Source: Oligoflexia bacterium
GTDB taxonomy: Bacteria > Bdellovibrionota > UBA1018
DNA: 64,000 nt
Direction: 5' to 3'
NCBI GenBank assembly: GCA_963758495.1
Contig: CAVWVI010000005.1
Location: 100,809-164,808 of the forward strand
Shown: positions 10,314-20,548 of the stretch, piece after piece
Numbering within the stretch: the first letter of the stretch is position 1
Layout: every line of letters starts with the position of its first letter
Notes under the pieces: generated by a model
The model's input: the letters and a program-made list of their open reading frames with translations, nothing else
Databases searched by the model: none
Told to the model about the DNA's origin: nothing
Program-made: the position numbers and the translations under genes

Positions 10314-10406
10314 TTCGATTCACACAGTCTCCTATTCGAGGTACGTTCCTTGGAGCGTCCTCAGTTTACAAGCTTCGCTTGAATCAAAAAAATCACGCCC
10401 CATTCT
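10314..10406. repeat. ~92-bp direct repeat, copy 2, in the 3' non-coding region of IS110
   Basis: Matches 9436-9528. Confidence 0.9.
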
Positions 10407-10528
10407 GCAGGCCGTACCCAAATAGTGAGAGTACAGAATCACGCAACGAGGTCGTGACAAGTTCAGCAGTCACATGAATCAATGCCATTGCTAATCGGAA
10501 TTACTTTTCCTATCGCAAACAACGAGCC

Positions 10529-11584
10529 CTAGACTGCCAAACAAACCTCATATTTCTTTTCATTCTTTATCATCGAATAGATTCTACAGATCAGCTTTCT
10601 TGCTACGGCAACGATCGCCTTCTTCTTGCTCCCTGATTGCCTGGAGATCCGTTCAAAAAATAATTTCATTTTTTCGTCTTTGCCGACGAGATACCAGGAA
10701 GCCTGTATCAGGTACATTCTCAAAGTAGGATTCCCCTGACCTGTAATACGCCCTCGGTGTACGCTATCGCCAGAAGAATACTCAGATGGGGTGAGTCCGA
10801 AGAATGCCGCCACTTGCTTCTCATTGCTAAACCTTCCCCAATCGCCAATTTCATAGGTTAAAGACGCTGCAATGAGAGGGCCTATGCCCGGCACTGATTC
10901 GATGATTTGAAAATTCTTACTAAATCTACCTTCCTTGATTTTTAGATATTCGTTCTCCAGTTCTTTAAGCTGCTTATTTATCAATTCAATTTCTTCCAAA
11001 AACAATTTGATTGAGAGTTTCACCATCGAAGGCAGATTCATCTCAAGTATTGTGGCGGCAACCTGTTTACTGATGCCTCTGGTATTCAAATGAACACCGT
11101 TAAGCATGAGAAGCCCTTTTATTTGATTAATTGCCCTGGCTCTTTTAATGATAATTTGCTGCCTTGTGCGAAGTATTTGCCTGAGATTGAGTTGTTCCGG
11201 CGACGGAACGAATATTCCTTTCAATAGCCCTTTACTTAAAAAACTTGCCAATTTAAGACTATCGCGCCGATCTGTTTTTACCTTGTCGCCAGACATAATA
11301 GGCATCTTTGAAGGTGGGGTCACGATATTCTTGACTCCTATTGAATCCAGCTGATAGTGCAGATGAAACCCAGAAAATCCCGCCTCGTAAACCGAAAAAA
11401 TTTTCATATCCGCATATCGATGCAAAATCTTCCTGAGCTGCTCAAAATCTGACTTCAGCGTGAATCTCCCGATTGTTTGATCACAGTGAAGGAGGCAAAC
11501 ACTCCAGCTGGCTTTATGGACATCAATACCCACAAAAATGGGTTGTGCCAAATCTAGAGTTATTTTAGTATTGTGCTTCGCCAT
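10529..11584 (-). mobile_element. IS110-family DEDD transposase/recombinase
   Basis: GIDVHK, YEAG, KTDRRDS (DEDD), SVPGIG, EYSSG (catalytic Ser region), AVARKL. Confidence 0.95.
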
Positions 11585-11724
11585 GGTAGAGCCCTTTCTT
11601 TAAAAAAACGTTAGGGATGGGAATTACCATGGTGATCGATCTACGCTCAATGGGATCGGTCATACGAATTCCTTTTTCTTAGGAGGTAACCTAACAAGAT
11701 CAAATTTTTATCCCCATCACCTGA

Positions 11725-12054
11725 TACTTTGAATCGCTTCAATTCGGCCATAAGGTCTGCATAGTAACTGCGGGGCAGGCACAAGGGAAAGAGTGGGAAA
11801 TAAATAACTCCGATAAGGTTGTCGTACATCCTGATTCTAGGATAGGTAAAATTGAAAGAGACCCACATACCGGACTTTGGTGGTCAAAAGATAAGGCAGG
11901 TCATGGAGGGTCAAAGTGGAAGGTTTTCAAACAAAATGGGAATAAGCTGGAATGGATAAAAGATGCCGACGAATATGGTGACTATTTGGATGGAAAGCAC
12001 AAAGGTGACTTTGGAAAAGTAATTCCTATGAAAGATTTGAAGGTAGTTAAATGA
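11725..12054 (+). pseudogene. Orphan toxin C-terminal domain with no start codon (putative RNase, Ntox21-like motif)
   Basis: Not in ORF track. Open frame ...RDPHTGLWWSKDKAGHGGSKWKVFKQNGNKLEWIKDADEYGDYLDGKHKG...; stop overlaps the next ATG (ATGA at 12051-12054). Confidence 0.7.
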
Positions 12055-12449
12055 TTTTAACAGCTGAAGAGTTCTACAAATTACGAAAGAGTGAACGCCG
12101 CGATGAATATTTAAGGGCTGCCACAGAAGAAGCCCCTCTTAAGGTCTGGTACGAAGTTATTGAAAAATTTCCAGAGATGAAAACCTGGGTAATTCATAAT
12201 AAAACAGTACCAGAAGAAATTCTTCGTTTCCTTTCTATTGATACAGATTCTTCAATTAGAAGTGACGTCGCAGATAAAAGAAAATGTCCTGTGGATATTC
12301 TAGCAAAGCTTGCCAAGGATTCGGATGATGGAGTGAGATTAAGAGTTGCCTACAACCCGAAAGTTAGTAGAGAGATTTTAGAAATACTCACAACAGATAG
12401 TTGGGATGAAATTGTAAGAGTTTCAAAGGATCGGTTAGATAAACTGTGA
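12051..12449 (+). CDS. HEAT/LRV-repeat putative immunity protein of orphan module 2
   Basis: PEEILRFLSID..IRSDVA, LAKDSDDGVRLRVAYNP repeats; translationally coupled to the orphan toxin. Confidence 0.7.
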   Translation: MILTAEEFYKLRKSERRDEYLRAATEEAPLKVWYEVIEKFPEMKTWVIHNKTVPEEILRFLSIDTDSSIRSDVADKRKCPVDILAKLAKDSDDGVRLRVAYNPKVSREILEILTTDSWDEIVRVSKDRLDKL

Positions 12450-12496
12450 AGGTCTACACCCTTTAAATTCCATACGGACTAACTCGCTCCACATAC

Positions 12497-12641
12497 TCAG
12501 CATGTAAAATGATCGTAGAGGTCAACTGTTAGCACTATTTTTACATGCCCGAGTATGGCTTTTAGGGCATACATGTCGCTGCCTCGCTTGAGGAAGTTGA
12601 ACGCGAAGGAGTGGCGAGTGTCATGGTAACTCCATGCGTTT
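12497..12641 (-). pseudogene. Tyrosine recombinase C-terminal fragment
   Basis: My translation: AWSYHDTRHSFAFNFLKRGSDMYALKAILGHVKIVLTVDLYDH (HxxR, LGH, catalytic Y). Confidence 0.8.
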
Positions 12642-12881
12642 CATATTGGGATGCTCCTTTGGAGAATCACGATGTTCCGGCCTCTTTAATAGGACGTGTT
12701 GAATGAAGTGAAGAAGCAATAAGCAGAATCCGGCAGAACCTTGAATACACATATCGAGTTCAGGATTAATGGCGCAAGTATGGCTTAAATTTGTTTACGT
12801 TCGAAAAGATTTTTTGATGAGTACTACCCGGTAAAAATAAAGCTTTTCAATGTTGACGTCATCAAGTAGAAAATAATTCAT

Positions 12882-13550
12882 ATGAATAAATATTTGGCGA
12901 GGCCTTGGCATCTTTATCGAAGAGAAGGTTATTTTCTAAAATATTTGAGTGAGTGCCAAGAGCAAAAGCGCTCTCCTAAGCTTCATGTCGGTTGTGGTAA
13001 TCGTCCTATTCCTGGATGGTGTAATATTGACGTAGCGCATTTGAATTCTGAAGTTCAATATGTTGATGCATTAAAACCTCTTCCTTTTGCGAGTGCGTCA
13101 TTTCAATATGTTTTCTCTGAACATTTCATTGAGCATTTAACATTAGACCAGGGGATTCAGTTTTTTAAAGAAGCTTTTCGAGTGTTAAGGCCTGGTGGAG
13201 TTTTACGAACAGGTACCCCTAATTTGGATTTTATCTGCGACCTAAGAGAGCCGAAGAATTCAGGACATCAGCGATATATAGATTATGTAGCCGAAAGTTT
13301 TCTGCCTCATCAGCCAAAGTCATATGTTTCTTCGATGAATTTAGTCTTTTATGGTTGGGACCATAAATTTATCTATAGCCCCTCATTTTTACAGGAGATT
13401 CTTTCTAAGGTTGGGTTTAACAGCTTCTGTACTTTTAAATCCGGAGACAGCCAAATTGTGGAACTTCAAGGTATAGAGCAACACGGTAAATCTGTTCCTC
13501 CTGAAATTAATGAGTTAGAGACTTTTGTTCTTGAAGCGAGAAAAGAATAA
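12882..13550 (+). CDS. Class I SAM-dependent methyltransferase
   Basis: LHVGCG, FSEHFIEHL, RVLRPGG motifs. Confidence 0.85.
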   Translation: MNKYLARPWHLYRREGYFLKYLSECQEQKRSPKLHVGCGNRPIPGWCNIDVAHLNSEVQYVDALKPLPFASASFQYVFSEHFIEHLTLDQGIQFFKEAFRVLRPGGVLRTGTPNLDFICDLREPKNSGHQRYIDYVAESFLPHQPKSYVSSMNLVFYGWDHKFIYSPSFLQEILSKVGFNSFCTFKSGDSQIVELQGIEQHGKSVPPEINELETFVLEARKE

Positions 13551-13616
13551 GTAACGACGGGCTTTTGACAATCGGCCTCTTTGCTTTCGGCGTAGCTCCT
13601 GCTAATCTCTAAAAAG

Positions 13617-14492
13617 ATGACCGAATATATAAAAATAACTTCAAGCCGTCGTCTGAAATTAGCAGATGTTCCCGTCATTGCTAAACCCAAGTATCGGTCT
13701 AAGTACCGGTCAGAAAGAGAATATGATGAACTGCTTCAGGCAAATCATGCCACAATTGAGGAATATCAGGTTTTGCTCTACGCTGGTCATACACGGTCGA
13801 TGTTGATTATTTTTCAGGGAATGGATACTTCTGGTAAAGACGGTGCGATCAAGCACGTGATGTCGGGGGTTAATCCACAAGGATGTTCGGTGACCAGCTT
13901 CAAAACACCAAACTCAATCGAATTAGATCACGACTTTCTTTGGCGTGCCAACCGAGCTATGCCGGCACGAGGGCAAATTGGGATTTTCAACCGATCCTAT
14001 TATGAGGAGACGCTGATTACTCGCGTTCATCCAGAGCTTCTTGAGCAAGAAAAACTCCCTCACGAAGAAAAATTCGGGAATCGATTTTGGAAGAATCGTT
14101 ATCACGATATCGTAAATCATGAAAAATACCTTCATCGACAGGGGTACGAAATTGTAAAAATCTTTATTCATATCTCAAAAGATGAGCAAAAGAGGCGTCT
14201 TTTAGATCGTTTTCGAGATCCCAAGAAACTTTGGAAGATTTCAGAAGGTGATATTCGAGAGCGTAGTTTTTGGAGCCAGTATCAAACAGCCTACGAGGAA
14301 TGCATCGAACATACGAGTTCAAAGACCAATCCTTGGTATATTGTTCCTGGTGACGACAAGAAAAATGCACGCCTCAGTATTTCTCAAATACTCGTCGAGC
14401 GGTTCGAAAAAATGAACCTTGCATACCCTAAGTTGAAACCTGAGCAAAAAAAGAAACTCAAGAAGTTGAGGTCATTGCTTGCTAGAGACTGA
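13617..14492 (+). CDS. ppk2: Polyphosphate kinase 2 family protein
   Basis: FQGMDTSGKDG, HDFLWR, FNRSYYE, PWYIVPGDDK. Confidence 0.92.
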   Translation: MTEYIKITSSRRLKLADVPVIAKPKYRSKYRSEREYDELLQANHATIEEYQVLLYAGHTRSMLIIFQGMDTSGKDGAIKHVMSGVNPQGCSVTSFKTPNSIELDHDFLWRANRAMPARGQIGIFNRSYYEETLITRVHPELLEQEKLPHEEKFGNRFWKNRYHDIVNHEKYLHRQGYEIVKIFIHISKDEQKRRLLDRFRDPKKLWKISEGDIRERSFWSQYQTAYEECIEHTSSKTNPWYIVPGDDKKNARLSISQILVERFEKMNLAYPKLKPEQKKKLKKLRSLLARD

Positions 14493-14504
14493 TCAGAGTT
14501 CGAA

Positions 14505-16028
14505 CTATAAAGTTCCGAGTGAGTACTCCATTTGATCTCCCTGTAACTGATAATTTATCACAGCTTGTGCCCAAGTCGATTGAGCTTGAACCAAGCTCGT
14601 CTGAGTGGTGATGAGATCAATGAAATTCGCAGAACCCACTTCGTATCTGCCGGTCATCACTTCATAAGCTTTGGTAGCGGCTGCGAGGCCTTTTCGAGAA
14701 GACTCGAGTTGACTAAAAGCGGCTCTGTATTGTCCATAAGCTTGTCTTACCTCCGAGATGACTTGGAGCTTTCGATCTTCGAAATCAATTTCGCTATTAT
14801 TTGAGATCACATTCATTTTTTGAGTTGCCAGTCGAGTCACAAAACGATCGAAAAGACCCCAGGAGAGAGTGAGGCCAATGGTGTAATTGCTTTGAGTTCC
14901 CAATTGACTCCAAGGGCTTCCTTGATACGTGGGGACAGAGGGAACCCCATCTACATCCTGTTGAAAAAGAGTTTTTCCGCTTGAGTAAAGGTTAAAACCC
15001 AAATCGATTCGAGGATAGTATCCGCTCCTGGCTTGCACGACGCCCCATTGAGTAGCTGAAAGAGTGGATTCGGAGGCTTTCAAATCTGTACGTTGATCCA
15101 AGGCTAGGTTCACTAAATGAGCTTCGTTATCATATTTAGAATTGAAGAACTCTTTGAGATTCGGAGGGCGGTCTAGAGTATAATCCAGAGCCGCATCAAG
15201 TCGGAGCTTTTGAATGAGCACTAATTGATCATTTCTGGCTTTAATTTTTGAATTGATGAGGTAAGTTTCGTCCGCACTCGTCTGTGCTTGCTGGCGAAAC
15301 AGATCAGCTAAAGATTTTACCCCTACTTGAGTTTGCTCCTCCAGTAAAACTTGTCTTTGTTGAGAGACAGTCAGATTCTTTTGGGCGATTCCGACCACGT
15401 CCTGGTCCAAGATCACCTGGAAGTAGGATTGAGTGATGTCTAAGGTGATCTGTTGTTTAGCTCGAGCAAGGGAATACATGGACGCTCGCTTTTTTTCGAT
15501 AGAAGACTTCAAACTAGAAAAATCCGATAAGCCGTTAAAAAGGTTGAGAGTGCTTGAAACCTGATAGGTAGCTCCCGAATTGCGGGTCACCACATCGGTA
15601 GGTGTCGCACTTGTGAAATAGATGTTTCCGGCTTGATAGCCATAAGTTCCAGATACACCTAAATTAGGTAAGAATTGAGCATAAGCTTGCAGAAGTTGGT
15701 CCCCTGTGTATTCAAAGTCGTTTCCGGCTTTGAGTGTCAGCGTTGAGTTGTGAATCGCTTGATCAATACTGGATTTGAGTGTGAGATCGATAGGATGTTC
15801 GGGAGTCTCAAGACTGGATTCACTCCTGCCAGGAAGTGGCTTTAAGTTCATAAGATCGCCTGCCGAAGGAATAACGGAAGGTGCAGCGGAAGGAATAGTA
15901 GAAGGAATAGCGGAAGGAGCAGTGATAGGTTCCCCCGCATAGGTAGACGGAGTCACCCTAAAAACTGCCATAAAAACCATCATAAAAACTGCTCTAAAAA
16001 CCGTAATGTAGAGTGGATAAGTCTTCAT
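14505..16028 (-). CDS. TolC-family outer membrane efflux protein
   Basis: Two OEP repeats, YEVGSANFIDL; last gene of the RND operon. Confidence 0.9.
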   Translation of the reverse strand: MKTYPLYITVFRAVFMMVFMAVFRVTPSTYAGEPITAPSAIPSTIPSAAPSVIPSAGDLMNLKPLPGRSESSLETPEHPIDLTLKSSIDQAIHNSTLTLKAGNDFEYTGDQLLQAYAQFLPNLGVSGTYGYQAGNIYFTSATPTDVVTRNSGATYQVSSTLNLFNGLSDFSSLKSSIEKKRASMYSLARAKQQITLDITQSYFQVILDQDVVGIAQKNLTVSQQRQVLLEEQTQVGVKSLADLFRQQAQTSADETYLINSKIKARNDQLVLIQKLRLDAALDYTLDRPPNLKEFFNSKYDNEAHLVNLALDQRTDLKASESTLSATQWGVVQARSGYYPRIDLGFNLYSSGKTLFQQDVDGVPSVPTYQGSPWSQLGTQSNYTIGLTLSWGLFDRFVTRLATQKMNVISNNSEIDFEDRKLQVISEVRQAYGQYRAAFSQLESSRKGLAAATKAYEVMTGRYEVGSANFIDLITTQTSLVQAQSTWAQAVINYQLQGDQMEYSLGTL

Positions 16029-17200
16029 TTTTTAATTTCCTGTAAAATCGGACGGACTTTCCCTCCTTCGGGAACGCTACCGATATTGAGGGCGACTAGC
16101 TCACCTTCGTTGACGCCGGATCGAATATCAATGATTCTCCCATCGTTGTTTGCTACCTCGACCTCCTTAAAATGAATGGTAGAGTCACTGGCAATGACAG
16201 GTACGAGCGATTTTTCATTGCGGAGAACAAAAGCTTCTACCGGTACCTGACGAAATACCGGGCGACTAATATTAAGAAGAACCTGTACATAACTTCCCGG
16301 AACAATCTCTCCTTTTGAGTTATCAACATCAATTTCGGTAAGAAGCATTCGTGTTTTCTCATCAAGGCTACCGGAAAGACGAGTGACAGTGGCTTTCAAT
16401 TTAAAATCATTGCGATCTGTGAGGCTGATCGTCACAGGGTCACCTGGATGAACGAAATGGGCGTCTTTCTGATCTAGATAAACATAGATTCTCAATTGAT
16501 TGATTTGTGAAACGGTGAGTACGGGCTGGGCGCTGGTTTGGGAGTTGGCAGCATTTTGCATGAGGGAGCCCGGATCGGCAAATCTCGCGGTAATTGTGCC
16601 TGGAAACGGGGCTCGAAGGATCTTGTAGCTTTTGGCGACTGCCATAGCTTCAAGTTTGGCTTGAGCAATTTCTGCGTCTGAATCCGACTGCTCAACTTCT
16701 TGCGCTGATACAAGATTCCGTTTTGCGAGCGTTTCCATTCGTTCCGCAATTCGATGTTTATTTTTAGCATCTGCGGCTGCGGCATTGTAGTCTTTGTCAG
16801 TTTCAGGTGAGTCGATGACGGCGAGTTGCTGATTCAAGCGAACCACATCGCCTTTGTCCACCAGGACTGACTTTAAGTAGCCACTGACCTTTGCATACAG
16901 TGTCGCTTCTCGAAAAGGTCGTGCTTCACCGATCACGGTTACCGTGTATTGGGGCTTGGATTCGACTACTTTTGTGGTCGCGACACGCGGTCCAGCTTTG
17001 ATCTCAGTTTCTCGCGCAGAAGCTTCTCGTTTAACGACAATCCACTTCCAGCTACTCATGAGAACAATGATTGTCAAAGCGGCAGCGACAATTCTGAATG
17101 CTCCTTTTCGAAACTGGGGGGGCGCCGTTTTCGCTGATCGAATGGCTAAGCGATAGAATTTCTTGATTCCGTCGTCGGAAATTCTGAATTTAATCTCCAT
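16025..17200 (-). CDS. RND periplasmic adaptor (MFP); start probably 17200
   Basis: LYAKVSGYL..VDKGD, LRAPFPGTITAR. Confidence 0.9.
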   Translation of the reverse strand: MEIKFRISDDGIKKFYRLAIRSAKTAPPQFRKGAFRIVAAALTIIVLMSSWKWIVVKREASARETEIKAGPRVATTKVVESKPQYTVTVIGEARPFREATLYAKVSGYLKSVLVDKGDVVRLNQQLAVIDSPETDKDYNAAAADAKNKHRIAERMETLAKRNLVSAQEVEQSDSDAEIAQAKLEAMAVAKSYKILRAPFPGTITARFADPGSLMQNAANSQTSAQPVLTVSQINQLRIYVYLDQKDAHFVHPGDPVTISLTDRNDFKLKATVTRLSGSLDEKTRMLLTEIDVDNSKGEIVPGSYVQVLLNISRPVFRQVPVEAFVLRNEKSLVPVIASDSTIHFKEVEVANNDGRIIDIRSGVNEGELVALNIGSVPEGGKVRPILQEIKK

Positions 17201-20200
17201 GGTTGATTCCTTCTCCTGCTTCTTTATGAAAGTTTTCATCTAAAAGATGTTTAGTGGGGAGTTCGGTTCGTAGGAGAGAGTAAACAACGGGTACTATAAA
17301 TAAGGTAACCCAAGTAGCCACGATAAGACCTCCGATAACCGCACGACCCAAAGGGGCATTTTGTTCTCCGCCTTCTCCTAGTCCTAACGCTGCGGGAATC
17401 ATTCCTATAGTCATCGCAAGTGCAGTCATGAGGACAGGGCGGAGGCGGGTGATTCCGGCTTCGAATGCAGCTTCAAGTGCATTGAGGTTCTTTTCAATTC
17501 GAACATCGTTTGCAAAGCTCACTAATAAAATTGAATTGGAGGCTGCAATGCCTACCGCCATAATTGCACCCATAAGAGATTCGACGTTAATGGTGGTGCC
17601 GGTGAGAAGGAGCATCCAGAGGATTCCCACCAGAGCCCCAGGAACCGCTATCATGACGATTAGAGGGTCCAGCCAAGATTGAAAGAGAATCACCATCAGC
17701 AGATAGACCAAGAAGATAGCCAAAATGATTCCCAACCCTAAGCTGCGGAAAGAGGTTCTCATAGTTTCCCCTTGCCCTCGTACATTGATTTTCATGCCGC
17801 CAGGGAGTTTTCCTAATGAGGAGATGGCACCTTCGATCGCACTTTGGACGGAGCCTAGATCTCTTCCTTCTACATTGGCAGTGATATTGAGAACTCTTTG
17901 AACATTTGAATGATTGATTTCATTCATAGTCGTAGCGCTATTCAGAGTGACTAAATTGCCTAGTCGTTGAGCTTGAGCATGAGGAAGAGTCAAAGGTGAA
18001 GGGAAACCCGAAGTTTTTGGGAGGGCTTGGGTAGCGGGAGTAATGGTAGTGCCTAGAATATCTCCTACGGTCGCTAGGTCTTCCAAGGGTGTTTTCACAA
18101 CAACTGAATAATTAACACTATTGGCTGGATTTAAGAAAAAAGAAGGTGCTACCAGAGAGCTCGACGAGAGCGAAATTAACATGCTGTTGGAGATATCTCT
18201 TTGAGTGAGACCTAACTGCAAGGCACGAATCCGATCCACGTTGAGTTTGAGGGTAGGGTAGTCAAAAATCTGTTTAATATTCACGTCCGCGGTTCCAGGG
18301 ATGACTTTTATTTTGTCGATTAACTGGAGTGCATATTTATAGGACTCATCAAAATTACGATCTTCCAATTGAACATCAATGGGAGCACTTAAACCGAAAT
18401 TGAGGACCTGATTCACGATATCTGCGGACTGAAAGAAGAGGGTAGTTCCGGGAAATGTAAAATTCAAATCCTCTCGAATTTTCTTCATGTAGTTTGCAGT
18501 AGGGTGATGATTTTCGTGGAGAGCGATCAGGATTTCGCCGTCCATGCCACCGGTATTATCGGTAGGGACAAAGGCTAAGTTATAGAAAAGAGGAATTCCT
18601 ATCATAGAGTTGATAGTCGCCAGTTCTTCTTGAGGAATAATCGCTCTAATGTGTTCTTCCGCTTGGGCAATGTTCCTTTCAGTTTCTTCAATACGGGTTC
18701 CCGGCGGAGATCTAAAGTGGAGCTTCATGAGTCCCGTGTCCGTCATGGGAAAGAAGTCCGTACCAATTAAGAAGGGGAGAGTTGAAGAGAGCAGTAGAAG
18801 CACCACGCCAATCAAGAGAACAAACCGCCTGTGCTCCAGGGAAATTTTAAGAAGTTTACTGTATTTCTTTTTGAAGCTCGAAAACTTTTTTTCAAATTTT
18901 CCAAAGAAACCACTTAGGTGAACTCCTTCTTCATGGTGTTTCTCGCTTGCCATGAGAAGGCGGGAAAGGATTGGAACGAGCGTTCTGGAAAGAATATATG
19001 ACGCAATCATGGCATACACTACCGAGAGGGCCATAGGAGTGAATAGAAACTTTGCTGGACCGGTCAGGAGGACGACGGGGAAAAATACGATGCAGATGGC
19101 TAAGGTAGCCATAATGGCTGGGAGCGCAATTTGTTGAGCTCCAGTAAGAATTGCAACCGTGAGAGGGAGACCCAGGGCACGGTTCCGGTGGATATTTTCT
19201 ACTTCGACAGTAGCGTCATCGACCAGCATACCAATCGCTAGGGAGAGTCCTCCCAGGGTCATAATGTTGATTGTATTTCCTGTGAGTTTGAGTCCAATAA
19301 TAGACGCCAAGATACAAAGAGGAATAGACGTACACACGGTCACTACACTTCTCCAGCTCCCTAAGAAAATGAGGACCATAATCGAAACCAGGATGGATGA
19401 AATCAGAGCCTCGTGAAGGACGCTCTTAATTGCATTTCGGACGAAGACGGATTGATCGAAGTCGATTCGAAATTTGAACCCTTCGGGAGCCATGGCTTTG
19501 ATTTCCGGCAGAAGTTTATACGCTGCACTCACCACATCGAGGGTCGAAGCATCTGATTTTTTTAAAATGTTGAGATAAGTTGCTCTTCTACTATTGACCC
19601 GAACGATGTTGGTTTGATCTACAAAACTGTCTGATACTTTAGCCACATCACCTAAAGTAATGGGAGCACCGTCTACGACTTTAATAGGAATTTTCCCAAA
19701 TTCAGCAACTTTCGAAGGACTGGAGTTCAATGCTATATTGTATTCCATCTTACCAATGCGAGCCGTGCCAGCAGGAACGATAATATCAGAAGAGGTCAGC
19801 GCATTGGTGACGTCGTTCGTAGACACCCCCTTAGCGTTCAAGATCCCTGGATTGACATCGATGTTAATTTGCCGCCCTTTTCCACCATAGGGAGCGGGTA
19901 CAGAGAGGCCAGGGACTGTGAAAAGTTTAAGTCGAACGAAATTTAACGCATAATCAAAAAGTCTTTCTTCGGGTATTGAATCACCGAAGATGGTCAATTG
20001 CGCTACGGGGACATTGGACGCGTTAAATTGGATAATGACGGGAGGCTGCATTCCGGGTGGCATGCTTCGAAGTGAGGTGGAAGAGACCGATGAAATTTGA
20101 GCGATGGCAGCTCCGATCTCGGTCCCAGGCTGAAAGTAGATTCTGAGGAGCCCGATGCCTGGGATAGATTCAGATTCAATTTTCGAGATCCCGTTGACGG

Positions 20201-20420
20201 TGGTGGTAATTCCGCGTTCACTCAGGAAGACGACTCTCTTTTCCATTTCTTCGGCCGAAAGTCCTGGATAGTTCCAGACCACCCCCACAACAGGGATGTC
20301 GATGACCGGGAAAATATCCACGAGCATGCTATTGATTGCCATCACACCGAGCAGAAGTATCAGAATTGCAGCTACTGCGATGGTATAAGGTCGGCGAAGT
20401 GCTAGGCGGACGATCCACAT
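17190..20420 (-). CDS. RND efflux permease
   Basis: 1076 aa; GMLVDDATVEVEN, RLRPVLMTALAM. Confidence 0.95.
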   Translation of the reverse strand: MWIVRLALRRPYTIAVAAILILLLGVMAINSMLVDIFPVIDIPVVGVVWNYPGLSAEEMEKRVVFLSERGITTTVNGISKIESESIPGIGLLRIYFQPGTEIGAAIAQISSVSSTSLRSMPPGMQPPVIIQFNASNVPVAQLTIFGDSIPEERLFDYALNFVRLKLFTVPGLSVPAPYGGKGRQINIDVNPGILNAKGVSTNDVTNALTSSDIIVPAGTARIGKMEYNIALNSSPSKVAEFGKIPIKVVDGAPITLGDVAKVSDSFVDQTNIVRVNSRRATYLNILKKSDASTLDVVSAAYKLLPEIKAMAPEGFKFRIDFDQSVFVRNAIKSVLHEALISSILVSIMVLIFLGSWRSVVTVCTSIPLCILASIIGLKLTGNTINIMTLGGLSLAIGMLVDDATVEVENIHRNRALGLPLTVAILTGAQQIALPAIMATLAICIVFFPVVLLTGPAKFLFTPMALSVVYAMIASYILSRTLVPILSRLLMASEKHHEEGVHLSGFFGKFEKKFSSFKKKYSKLLKISLEHRRFVLLIGVVLLLLSSTLPFLIGTDFFPMTDTGLMKLHFRSPPGTRIEETERNIAQAEEHIRAIIPQEELATINSMIGIPLFYNLAFVPTDNTGGMDGEILIALHENHHPTANYMKKIREDLNFTFPGTTLFFQSADIVNQVLNFGLSAPIDVQLEDRNFDESYKYALQLIDKIKVIPGTADVNIKQIFDYPTLKLNVDRIRALQLGLTQRDISNSMLISLSSSSLVAPSFFLNPANSVNYSVVVKTPLEDLATVGDILGTTITPATQALPKTSGFPSPLTLPHAQAQRLGNLVTLNSATTMNEINHSNVQRVLNITANVEGRDLGSVQSAIEGAISSLGKLPGGMKINVRGQGETMRTSFRSLGLGIILAIFLVYLLMVILFQSWLDPLIVMIAVPGALVGILWMLLLTGTTINVESLMGAIMAVGIAASNSILLVSFANDVRIEKNLNALEAAFEAGITRLRPVLMTALAMTIGMIPAALGLGEGGEQNAPLGRAVIGGLIVATWVTLFIVPVVYSLLRTELPTKHLLDENFHKEAGEGINHGD

Positions 20421-20548
20421 AAAGTTATCCTACTTTTTTGACCCAGTTCAATTCTTAGTCCTCACTATGATAGCTTCCTTTTTATTTTGTGGTCCAATAT
20501 AGAGTAAGTCATTTACCTATATCTAAAAAGTATAGTAAGCATGTAGAT

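Noticed and set aside
15865..16004. 12-nt tandem repeats in the TolC N-terminus (similar short ones at 27661-27705 and 35832-35862)
   Set aside because: Short in-frame slippage duplications in signal or linker regions; no sign of a separate function
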